Shown: positions 1-9,277 of the stretch, one piece after another
How positions within the stretch are numbered: the stretch's first letter is position 1
Layout: each line of letters begins with the position of its first letter
NCBI GenBank assembly: GCA_029858965.1
Contig: JAOUDZ010000008.1
Coordinates: 19,971 to 83,970, forward strand
Length of the DNA: 64,000 nt
Origin: Cyclobacteriaceae bacterium
GTDB lineage: Bacteria; Bacteroidota; Bacteroidia; Cytophagales; Cyclobacteriaceae
Direction of reading: 5' to 3'
Notes under the pieces: generated by a model
Seen by the model: the letters and a program-made list of their open reading frames with translations, nothing else
What the model was told of the DNA's origin: nothing
Databases searched by the model: none
Made by a program: the position numbers and the translations under genes

Positions 1-1
1 G

Positions 2-232
2 CGCAATTTGATACTTGACTTTCTCAGTGATCTTAGATCGCAAGGAACAACCATCATCTATTCCTCCCATGTCCTGGAGGAAGCTGAAAGGCTCTGTTCG
101 CATGTAGGTATTATCAATGAAGGAAAATTGATGTCAGCCGGTACACTTTCGGCCGTAATGGGAAAACATCCTGATTGCCAGAACCTGGAACAGCTGTTCC
201 TGAAACTTACCGGTAAAAATATTCGTGATTGA
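2..232 (+). CDS. ABC transporter ATP-binding subunit, C-terminal part (begins before the window)
   Basis: H-loop context IIYSSHVLEEAERLC and C-terminal LEQLFLKLTG typical of ABC-2 exporter ATPases; frame is open to the window edge; stop overlaps the permease start. Confidence 0.9.
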   Translation, partial: RNLILDFLSDLRSQGTTIIYSSHVLEEAERLCSHVGIINEGKLMSAGTLSAVMGKHPDCQNLEQLFLKLTGKNIRD

Positions 233-1500
233 AAATTCTTGCTACCATATACAAAGAGTTTTTATTGCTGATTCGCGACCCTGGTGGAATGGCCTTAATC
301 TTTATCATGCCCCTGGCACTGGTCATCGTTATGGCGCTAGTTCAAGATGCTCCTTTTCGTGACTATCAGGAATTTAGAATCGATGTACTGTTGATTGACA
401 ACGACACCGATTCATTGAGCGCCAAGCTGAAGGAAGCTTTCAATGCCTCCCGGAATGTAAACCTTATTATTTTGAGCGATACCGTGGAAGCCACAGCATT
501 AGTGCGCTCAGGGAAATACAAAGCGGCTATTATCATTCCCAAGGACGCAAGTAATACCTTGCGGAAAAACACACGACAGCTAATCACATCTATTTTTTCA
601 AATTTTGGATTAGCAGCCGATCAAACAGATTCCGCTGAACTTCCCATCGTTACATTAGAAATTCTTCTTGATCCTGCCATAAAAGCCAACTTTCAGCAAA
701 CGCTTTCCGGCGCTATTGAAAAAATTATTGCCACCGTTCAAACCGGATGGGTTCTGGAAGAACTCCAGAATCAGCTGAGTGAAGGTAATGCAGAGGCTAA
801 GAAGATCGATTTTGATTTATCACAAATCATACAAGTGAGCCAGCGGTACGCATCTGAGAATAAATATCAGGGACTCGTACTTAATTCCGTTCAACATAAC
901 GTACCCGCGTGGACGATGTTCGCTATGTTCTTTATTCTTTACCCGCTGGCAGGGAACTTCATTAAAGAGCGTGAAGAAGGGAGCATGCTTCGGCTTCGCC
1001 TTATTTCGGGGTCCCAATTTCCCATAATCAGTGGCAAGTTTGCATTCTATTTCATCGTTTGCCTGGTGCAATTTCTGATGATGATTCTGGTAGGAATATT
1101 TGTGATGCCCTTCCTCGGACTTAGTAAATTGGTACTGGGCGAAGACGTAGTTCTTATTTTTATCACCGCTTCCTGTGTAGCAATGGCCGCTACGGGATAT
1201 GGTATCCTTATCGCGGTTTACTTCCGCACAGCACAACAAGCCCTTTCCTTTGGATCCATATCCGTCGTCATTCTTTCTGCCATTGGAGGTGTCTGGGTCC
1301 CAGTTTACGTAATGCCGGAAATTCTCCAAACCCTGAGCCAATTTTCTCCAATGAGTTGGGGGTTAGAATCCTTTAATGATCTATTTTTGCGACAGGCATC
1401 ATTCCAAACCATTTTGCCAAATTTATTAAGACTCGTGGGTTTTGCGCTGGTAACAGGAACTGCAAGCATAATCGTTAACAATGCAAGAACAGTTGAGTAA
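229..1500 (+). CDS. ABC-2 type exporter permease
   Basis: N-terminal KEFLLLIRD followed by a TM helix, a large extracytoplasmic loop, then ERE-G-RL and several TM helices; coupled to the ATPase. Confidence 0.9.
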   Translation: MKILATIYKEFLLLIRDPGGMALIFIMPLALVIVMALVQDAPFRDYQEFRIDVLLIDNDTDSLSAKLKEAFNASRNVNLIILSDTVEATALVRSGKYKAAIIIPKDASNTLRKNTRQLITSIFSNFGLAADQTDSAELPIVTLEILLDPAIKANFQQTLSGAIEKIIATVQTGWVLEELQNQLSEGNAEAKKIDFDLSQIIQVSQRYASENKYQGLVLNSVQHNVPAWTMFAMFFILYPLAGNFIKEREEGSMLRLRLISGSQFPIISGKFAFYFIVCLVQFLMMILVGIFVMPFLGLSKLVLGEDVVLIFITASCVAMAATGYGILIAVYFRTAQQALSFGSISVVILSAIGGVWVPVYVMPEILQTLSQFSPMSWGLESFNDLFLRQASFQTILPNLLRLVGFALVTGTASIIVNNARTVE

Positions 1501-1521
1501 TTGAACTGTAAAAATAAAGAC

Positions 1522-1794
1522 ATGCAACAATCAATAGAAGAGCTTACTGCGGAATTACGTGAACAACTGATCGAACAGCTAAATCTGGAGGATATCATTC
1601 CGGAATCTTTTGATGAAAACACACCGCTGTTTGGTGAAGGTCTGGGATTAGACTCTATTGACTCCCTTGAGCTGGTGGTACTACTGGATAGAAATTATGG
1701 CATCAAACTGAAAGATCCGAAAGAAGGGCGCGCTGTTTTTTACAGCATCCGTTCCATGGCAGAGTACATTCACAATAACAGAGCGCAAGCATGA
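1522..1794 (+). CDS. Acyl carrier protein (flexirubin/aryl-polyene type)
   Basis: LFGEGLGLDSIDSLEL phosphopantetheine motif; small and acidic. In-frame ATG at 1522 preferred over the TTG at 1501. Confidence 0.92.
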   Translation: MQQSIEELTAELREQLIEQLNLEDIIPESFDENTPLFGEGLGLDSIDSLELVVLLDRNYGIKLKDPKEGRAVFYSIRSMAEYIHNNRAQA

Positions 1795-2999
1795 GCCAAC
1801 GCGTATTCATCACGGGATACGGCATCATCACTTCCATAGGCAAAAACACACAAGAGAATTTTCAATCGCTTACACTCCGAAGATGTGGATTTGGTGAGCT
1901 AAGCATACTGGACACAATTCATCAAAAAGACCTGCCTGCTTGTGAAATTAAGCTTCACGATCAGGAACTGCGTGAAGCAGCCGGAATAAAAACAGAAAAA
2001 GGATATACGCGCACAGCCTTGTTGGGATTACTGGCACTCCAGGAGGCCATCCATTCGGCAGGACTTTCGCTTACAGACATTAGAAACTCCGGCTTAATTT
2101 CAGCCACAACAACGGGGGGAATTCGCGAATTTGAGAAGTTTTTCTATCAGATAACGGATCTTCAACAGCAAGGTGATTTTGATCAATTCACTGATACCGC
2201 AAACCCGGGAGAACACTGTGAGCGAATCGCAGATCATGTTGGTATAAGACAATGTATCGCAACCGTGAGCACGGCATGCTCTTCTTCTGCGAACGCGATA
2301 ATGCAGGGGGCCCAATTAATAAAAGCGAAAAAAATTGACCGTGTAATCTGTGGAGGTGCCGAAGCATTATCCAAATTCACGGTTAATGGTTTTAATTCAC
2401 TCATGATCGTGGATCCCGAGCATTGCAGACCTTTTGACAATACGCGCAAAGGGCTTAACCTGGGCGAGGGTGCTGCTTACCTCGTGCTGGAATCAGAAGC
2501 TTTGGTAAATCAAAAACGAAGAAAGCCGCTTGCCGAACTCAAAGGGTATGGTAATGCCAATGATTCATTTCACCTGACTGCATCGTCACCGGAAGGTACT
2601 GGCGCTTTTAATGCAATGAATTTAGCTTTATCCGTTGCAGGCTTCTCAGCAGCAGATGTTGACTATATCAATGCGCATGGTACAGCTACAGAAAATAACG
2701 ATCTTTCAGAAGGTATGGGAATACAGCGGCTTTTTCGAGAACAGGTTCCTTACTTCAGCTCTACAAAACCTTATACCGGTCATACACTGGCAGCAGCAGG
2801 GAGCATTGAAGCCGTCTTTTGCATGATGGCCCTTCAGCATCAAATTATCTGGCCAAACCTCAATTTTAGCAGCCAAATGCAGGAAATTACTATTTCACCC
2901 GTAAGAGAAATGATGCAAAACACAGTATTGAAGAATATTTTATCAAACTCATTCGGATTCGGAGGCAATACCTCCTCCCTACTCTTTTCATTGGTATAA
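1791..2999 (+). CDS. Beta-ketoacyl-ACP synthase (FabF/FabB-like, catalytic triad intact)
   Basis: STACSSS (Cys), INAHGT (His), KPYTGHTL (His), C-terminal SNSFGFGG. Confidence 0.93.
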   Translation: MSQRVFITGYGIITSIGKNTQENFQSLTLRRCGFGELSILDTIHQKDLPACEIKLHDQELREAAGIKTEKGYTRTALLGLLALQEAIHSAGLSLTDIRNSGLISATTTGGIREFEKFFYQITDLQQQGDFDQFTDTANPGEHCERIADHVGIRQCIATVSTACSSSANAIMQGAQLIKAKKIDRVICGGAEALSKFTVNGFNSLMIVDPEHCRPFDNTRKGLNLGEGAAYLVLESEALVNQKRRKPLAELKGYGNANDSFHLTASSPEGTGAFNAMNLALSVAGFSAADVDYINAHGTATENNDLSEGMGIQRLFREQVPYFSSTKPYTGHTLAAAGSIEAVFCMMALQHQIIWPNLNFSSQMQEITISPVREMMQNTVLKNILSNSFGFGGNTSSLLFSLV

Positions 3000-3003
3000 C
3001 ACT

Positions 3004-4083
3004 ATGGATGAAAGGCAGCACTACTACATCAATGGAATAGGGATAATTTCTCCACAAAAAACGTTTGAGCATGATCAATTCTTGCAAGAAATTTGTGCCT
3101 ATGAAAGCAATGTGCTCACTTGCATAATTCCCAGTTTCAAAACCTATATTAGTCCAGGCCAACTTCGAAGATTAAGCCGCATGCACCGCATTGGTTTAAC
3201 TGCAGCAACAATGTGCCTTCGCGATGCAAATGTTCAGGTTCCCGATGGGATTATCACAGCATCAGGATATGGTTTTCTGGAGGAAACTGAAAAGTTCTTA
3301 ACCGAGATGCTGGAACGGAACGAGAAGCAACTTACACCCACCTATTTCATACAAGGCACATACAATGCCCTGGCAGGATTGATTGCGCTATCCACAAAAT
3401 GCCTGGGGTACAACAACACCTATGTAAGCAAGGGGTTCGCTTTTGAAAATGCGCTTCACGATGTGATGTTGCAACTCTCCGAAAATAGCACATCCAACTT
3501 CCTGGTGGGGAGTTCCGATGAAGCTGCGAAAGTACTCTATGCAATTGGCATGCGTGCGCAATACTATAAGGTTGAAAACATTCCCAATTTGAAACTTTTT
3601 GACAGTCAAACTACGGGAACTATTCAAGGTGAAGGGTCTGCGTTCTTCATGGTATCTGGTGCCCCATCCGCCACAACGTGGTGTGCCATTAAAGATCTGC
3701 AAATGGTATATACGCCCCAGCATGAAGGGGAGTTTAACCTCGCACTGACTTCTTTCCTGGAAGTTAACAAGATCAAACTTTCAGAAATAGACGTGTGGGT
3801 AAGCGGGGCAAGTGGTAATATAGAACACGACCACTTACTACATCATTTGGAAAAAACGGTACTCCAGCAAACACCTCAGATACGCTTCAAACATTTATGC
3901 GGCGAGTATTGTACCGCCGTTTCATTTGGGCTTTGGATTGGAGCAAGTATTTTGAAGAAGCAATCAATCCCCGACATTCTCAAAGTCAGTACCCCTGAAT
4001 TTTCATTAGAAAAAATAGAGACGGTTCTGATTGTGAATCAGTACCTGAACAGAAACTATTCATTTGTATTGTTGAAGAAATAA
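3004..4083 (+). CDS. Ketosynthase-like partner lacking the catalytic Cys (chain-length-factor-like)
   Basis: KS-like motifs (LRRLSRMHRIG, PTYFIQGTYNA, FKHLCGEY) but no TAC(S) active-site motif; lies directly after the KS gene. Confidence 0.75.
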   Translation: MDERQHYYINGIGIISPQKTFEHDQFLQEICAYESNVLTCIIPSFKTYISPGQLRRLSRMHRIGLTAATMCLRDANVQVPDGIITASGYGFLEETEKFLTEMLERNEKQLTPTYFIQGTYNALAGLIALSTKCLGYNNTYVSKGFAFENALHDVMLQLSENSTSNFLVGSSDEAAKVLYAIGMRAQYYKVENIPNLKLFDSQTTGTIQGEGSAFFMVSGAPSATTWCAIKDLQMVYTPQHEGEFNLALTSFLEVNKIKLSEIDVWVSGASGNIEHDHLLHHLEKTVLQQTPQIRFKHLCGEYCTAVSFGLWIGASILKKQSIPDILKVSTPEFSLEKIETVLIVNQYLNRNYSFVLLKK

Positions 4084-4211
4084 CAAAATCGTTATCGGTA
4101 GTCAGCGCTTACCTAAATCTAAGTCCAGGCGTATACTGCGGAATAGGGACCGCAATGTGGAGGAAATTAATGAAAGAGGCTGAACATCACAGTAAGGCCT
4201 ACCCTAATTGA

Positions 4212-7200
4212 TCAGAATCCATCGTCACTTTCTTTCTTCTTCAGGTCAAATTTCTTGATAGCAGAGGTTCCATCGTAGAGATTATAGGGAACGTCATTCT
4301 CATAATATTGCTTGCGAAATCGGTTGATGAATTCTAGTGTCTCATCATCGCTTCCAGGAATAAATGCTACCTCGCCCATTTTAGCTTTTCCGGCGTTTGT
4401 TTTTTTGGAGATGATTGAATTAAATTCTGGATTTGAAGAGTGCACTAATAGTCTGTTATCCTCAAGGCCAAAATAGTACCATGCCTCTGGCGAAGCTTTG
4501 ATAAAGACATGAAATACCGGAGCCCCATCTTCACTTTCTTTGATTTCCATGAAGCCTTCAAAGGCACCGTTTATATCGTTTCTTGCTATGTTAGACATCC
4601 CAAGTTTTCCCTCACTAAAGAAACTTTTGTGTTTGGGCGACCACTTTAGATTTACATTAGAGAACACAAGTGGTTTCGTCAATGGTGCAATTGTACCCAG
4701 CGAAACATAAGCTTGCAGGCTTCGTTGTTCAAAATCCTTTACTGTGCGTTCACCAACGATATCAGCAATTTTATAGAGCAACTCAGTCTGATCACCCAGT
4801 CCTTCCTCGACACCTTCATTTTTTATTACATCTGTAATTTGCTTTGCCATGAGCTCAAAGGCCTGAATCGGGATATTTGAGTCTACCATCAGGAAGGTAT
4901 TCATTCTGATTTCGTTTGTTTCCAGGTCACCTTGTCCCAATGCCGAGGCTGTTATATCAAAATCCTTTGATCCGTTAATAAGGGTAACTGGTCCTTCAAA
5001 CCTTACCTGCATGGTTTCATCCTTATAGGAAAAAACCTTTCCGGAAAGCTTATTCCCTGCGGCTTTTTCCATGTCTTCAATTCTAAACTCACGTGAAGCT
5101 GTATCATAGTAGAGTTTTCCCTGCGGCACAAAGAAGTCTTCGTCGTATTCCGATTTTTTATCATTCAAAAAGGTGATGTAAAGATCATTATCACCACTTC
5201 CTACATGCAAGCCGGCATTGACACGTTTTCCCCCTTCCGTGACTGCGCTGTTGAAGTCAATGAGCACATCTGTTTCGTCTCCGGTTTGTTCATACGCTAT
5301 CCACGTATCATAATTCTTGATTTTCTTAATATCCAACTTCACATAGCCGGAAAGCTGCAGGGCAGGCCGCGTCGCATACATAATCATATCTCCTTTGTAA
5401 AACATACCGGCACCCAAAACAAGGTTTGCAGCATCTGAAACCGATCCTGTACCAACGGTTTGCATGGTAGCAAGTGACGTATTTCTGCGCGACGATCTCT
5501 TCGACTGTTCCAGTTGGGTTATAGGTTCCAGATGAAAATCAGTCATCTTAATGGCAAATGTGTCCTTCAGGAAGTTTACATATTGATAGGTAGCATATCC
5601 GGTAAACTCCTTCCGTGAAATAACATCGACGACCCCTTCGGTCAGACGGTGATATCCATTGAGTGTATCCAATACTATCGTTGTATTGCTTAGTGTTCCG
5701 ATTTTTGCATTCTCCAAAATCAATACCTCATTATTTTCCGGTGTAATTTTAGCGTCCGCAACAATGATGTAGGGAATTCCGCTCACTTTCAACTGTTGCG
5801 TTTTTAGATCATACTCTGCACTCTCCGCGTTGAAGTTCAGCGAGTCCAAGTCTTCACGGGTGGTGTAGAAATACGAGTTTTCCAGTGGCACATCGGGATC
5901 TTTGCTCATCGTAATCTTTTGTGCAGTAAGATCCCAGCGCATGGTGGGGATAGAAGTTTTGAATTGCGCAAAAGGAAAAGCAATTGCTGCCACACCTTTC
6001 ACTTCGGGACTTATATCGGCATAGTTTTGTTCAAGGTTGAATTTAAGGCGAATGTCGTCACCTTGGAGAAGTGGTTTTTCGGGATCTGGTGAATTGACTT
6101 TATACCGTGCATGCCGTGCTCCAAAATCTTTGGAACTAAAATTCATATTACGGGAAATTAATTCGGTGCCGCGGGTCTCCAATTTTCCTGCACCGGCTAC
6201 CCCTTCTTTGGATATGGTAACGGTGCCCCGCATTTGAGCCGACCCATTATAAAAACTAAAGGGATCATCCGTGTTCTTCATTTTCATCTCATCGCGCTTC
6301 GGATACCACTTCATCTCAAAGTCGGTAAGCTCGGCTTCCGGAAAGTTAACGGCACCAAATTGCTTTTCCGAAATACTCGCTTCTCTCCCCTTGGATATAA
6401 CAGAATCGGGATAAAAAATAAATTCATTTGCTTTAACGGTAGCGGCCAGATATTCAATGGTACCGGTGCCACGAAGTCCTCTGCTATTCATGGTAAGCCC
6501 GCCAGTTATCTTGCCGTCACCGTTGTACAATTGATAGCCGCTGCGTGGAATTGTGTGATCAAATCCCAATGATTTATCGGGTTGTGTATGTAATTTTTCC
6601 TTAAAACTTGGAAACATACCACTTGACACAAACGTCCCACCAAAGTTAATGGCGGCAGGGTCTGCATTATTCAAGCTGTCCAGCTGAAAAGGCGGAACTA
6701 CAAAAAACATCGAACGGTCATATACCCCACCCAATACTTCCTCGCGATCGAAATAGATCACTCCACCAGATGTTGCATCAAGCCTTGGATAATGCGCTAC
6801 CTTTTCCTTTCCGGATTTATTATTGGCTTTGCTAATAAACAACGTACCAGAAGATTGTGATTGGTTACCCAAACCACCCACTGCCGCAGTTGCTGAATCT
6901 GTAGCGACCATGGAATTATTTATCTTCCTTCGCGTAGATTGTCCTCTGGCATTTGTCTCTGTCACGAAAAAGTTAATAGAGTCAATATTCGTCAGGCTGA
7001 TAAAAAAGCTGTCGTACTTCAGCGTAAAACCCTTCCCACTGATCTCAAAGTTACCGGCATTGATCGTTCCATCGAACTGAATATCCCGATTCTGAAGTAT
7101 TGTAATAACACTGCTGTCCGGCTCAATGCGTACATTCAGTGAATCGCTTACCTTAAATTCCTCGACGCCGCGTACTATCATATATCGCTTCTGAAAATTC

Positions 7201-9011
7201 AAGCTGGCGTTAGGGAAACTGTCTATCACGGAATGAATCTTCAGGTTATCATAATCCATTTCGCCCCGATATGCTTTGTAAATCAAGATGGCCTTTTCTT
7301 TTACCTGGACAAGATCAGTCTTTTGAAAGTAGTTTACTAACCCCTTGTCATTCAGAAACTCCAGGGCGGCCTTGATATCGCGAATGTTCTTATTTGAAAA
7401 CAGTGCCAAATCGCCAGAATAGAATTCTCTCACGTTATACTTAATACAATAATTTGCAACCAATGCCACTGGGTGGAAGGAAAATCCCTGTCCGGAAAGT
7501 AACCTGAAATCATCGGGGTCGTAGAAGTCTATCGATTCAATAATCATAGGCACCGTATTGCGCCCACCATCTGTTAGAATATTCAAACTGTCAGAAAACA
7601 GATCCCACTTGATCACATCAGCTGCAAAATCAACATTAAAAAAGGTAGCAGAATAAGGTGTATGCTTCATTCCTCCCTTATCTTTTTGTAGCAAAAGCCT
7701 TTGAGTGCTATCATCTCCGAACGTGTATTTCATGCGCACCAGCGGGTGAGTTAAGGAATCATTCCCAATAGGAATAATGATGCTCGATTTTTGTGCTGAG
7801 ATGGTAGAGTCAGTAAATAAAAAATCCGTGGAGCGCGTAATAAATTTCTTTTCCCCATTATGATACACCACAATTGTCGCGGGGTCACCAGAAACAGATT
7901 CGCTTGAGATTTTATTCCCTGTAAGCGAGAAACCTCCCGTATACTCAACATTTTCATCGCCGATACCCTGAATAGAAAGCGTGCTTTGAAAAGATCTGAA
8001 TCGAGGATAACTTGAAGGAACAGAATCTTTCCGCGCAATAGACTTGAACTCAAATGTTCCCGGAATAAAGCCCGGTGTTTTACCGACATAGTTAAATTTC
8101 ACCAAATCAGACTTCAACTCAGGCTTTTTGATACTGAAACTGTATGTTGTAAAATTGCACATTACACTATCCGGACTCAGGCCGGCAGGTGACCAATCGA
8201 AAGTTCCCTCCTCACCAATAAATTGATTCAACCGAAACGACATTAACCCTTTTGTGTTTTTCAAAAAAACAGAGTCATACTTTGTTATGAAATTCAACGT
8301 TACACGACTGAAGCGAATCACAGCTCCCTCGGCAAAAGGTAATGGCGGAGGGTCCATATATAAAGGGGTATCAACATAAACTGAATCAAAAGGTTGGTCA
8401 TCAAAATCAGATTGGGCACCATCAAAACTTTCGGATTCCGTCGACTCGTCGACATCCTGTTCATCCACTGAAGGTGAGCTCGGTGCATCGTATAAATCAA
8501 CCACAGGTGCCGGCACTATATAATCAAAGGAATAGTCATCATCAACAGCATAAAGCCTAAAGAAATTCTCGTAATGGAGCGCATGATGTTGGAAAAAAGT
8601 CCTGCTTACCGACAGGAAATTAGATACCTGCGCTGTCGGCTCATTTTCCAGCACAAGTCCGGCGACCCGAAGAAACGCAGTGATTTTTCCGGGGTCTGCG
8701 TTTTCGATAGAAACAGCGTTGCTGATGGCGCCGAAATAATTGAGCATGTATGGGCGAAGCGGGAATTTCTTTTTCTTCATCAACCTGAGCTGCTGTTGAA
8801 CAACAATCTGCTGGTCTGCACCAAGGCTTCCCCATGCAGTAGCAAAGCCATTCCCAACTGCCACGGCATCAGCATTGCGCGTTTTTTCCAGCATCATCCT
8901 CACACTGTCGACAAAACTGGATGGAATGGGGGGTTCTTGTTTCTTTTGTGCACTAACCGCAACAGCTGAAAGAAGAAAAAGAATAAAAAAGTATGTTTTA
9001 ATGTCCTCCAC
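4212..9011 (-). CDS. Large hypothetical envelope protein, 1599 aa, with signal peptide
   Basis: Uninterrupted 4.8-kb ORF; hydrophobic N-terminus ending AVSA; beta-strand-rich composition; no motif I can assign to a named family. Confidence 0.8.
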   Translation of the reverse strand: MEDIKTYFFILFLLSAVAVSAQKKQEPPIPSSFVDSVRMMLEKTRNADAVAVGNGFATAWGSLGADQQIVVQQQLRLMKKKKFPLRPYMLNYFGAISNAVSIENADPGKITAFLRVAGLVLENEPTAQVSNFLSVSRTFFQHHALHYENFFRLYAVDDDYSFDYIVPAPVVDLYDAPSSPSVDEQDVDESTESESFDGAQSDFDDQPFDSVYVDTPLYMDPPPLPFAEGAVIRFSRVTLNFITKYDSVFLKNTKGLMSFRLNQFIGEEGTFDWSPAGLSPDSVMCNFTTYSFSIKKPELKSDLVKFNYVGKTPGFIPGTFEFKSIARKDSVPSSYPRFRSFQSTLSIQGIGDENVEYTGGFSLTGNKISSESVSGDPATIVVYHNGEKKFITRSTDFLFTDSTISAQKSSIIIPIGNDSLTHPLVRMKYTFGDDSTQRLLLQKDKGGMKHTPYSATFFNVDFAADVIKWDLFSDSLNILTDGGRNTVPMIIESIDFYDPDDFRLLSGQGFSFHPVALVANYCIKYNVREFYSGDLALFSNKNIRDIKAALEFLNDKGLVNYFQKTDLVQVKEKAILIYKAYRGEMDYDNLKIHSVIDSFPNASLNFQKRYMIVRGVEEFKVSDSLNVRIEPDSSVITILQNRDIQFDGTINAGNFEISGKGFTLKYDSFFISLTNIDSINFFVTETNARGQSTRRKINNSMVATDSATAAVGGLGNQSQSSGTLFISKANNKSGKEKVAHYPRLDATSGGVIYFDREEVLGGVYDRSMFFVVPPFQLDSLNNADPAAINFGGTFVSSGMFPSFKEKLHTQPDKSLGFDHTIPRSGYQLYNGDGKITGGLTMNSRGLRGTGTIEYLAATVKANEFIFYPDSVISKGREASISEKQFGAVNFPEAELTDFEMKWYPKRDEMKMKNTDDPFSFYNGSAQMRGTVTISKEGVAGAGKLETRGTELISRNMNFSSKDFGARHARYKVNSPDPEKPLLQGDDIRLKFNLEQNYADISPEVKGVAAIAFPFAQFKTSIPTMRWDLTAQKITMSKDPDVPLENSYFYTTREDLDSLNFNAESAEYDLKTQQLKVSGIPYIIVADAKITPENNEVLILENAKIGTLSNTTIVLDTLNGYHRLTEGVVDVISRKEFTGYATYQYVNFLKDTFAIKMTDFHLEPITQLEQSKRSSRRNTSLATMQTVGTGSVSDAANLVLGAGMFYKGDMIMYATRPALQLSGYVKLDIKKIKNYDTWIAYEQTGDETDVLIDFNSAVTEGGKRVNAGLHVGSGDNDLYITFLNDKKSEYDEDFFVPQGKLYYDTASREFRIEDMEKAAGNKLSGKVFSYKDETMQVRFEGPVTLINGSKDFDITASALGQGDLETNEIRMNTFLMVDSNIPIQAFELMAKQITDVIKNEGVEEGLGDQTELLYKIADIVGERTVKDFEQRSLQAYVSLGTIAPLTKPLVFSNVNLKWSPKHKSFFSEGKLGMSNIARNDINGAFEGFMEIKESEDGAPVFHVFIKASPEAWYYFGLEDNRLLVHSSNPEFNSIISKKTNAGKAKMGEVAFIPGSDDETLEFINRFRKQYYENDVPYNLYDGTSAIKKFDLKKKESDDGF

Positions 9012-9277
9012 AGAGTCTAAAAACTTGAAATTCGTAAATATTGTGTAAATAAACTAAATGAGGGTCCCATGACTCAACGGCCAGGCAAGAAAAATCTTGC
9101 AATGATTCAGGAAAAAGCTTCCTCCAGGGTCCAAAACTGGTCACACCAGTTCATCTTAAATACTATGAATAATGCGAAGGTAATCATTGGTGCGCTGGTT
9201 AGCCATTGTGAAGCTCGAAAAGTGAACTTCAGTCATATTAGGAGTAAAACCCCCGTGGTTATTCAGATCGCCACTCA

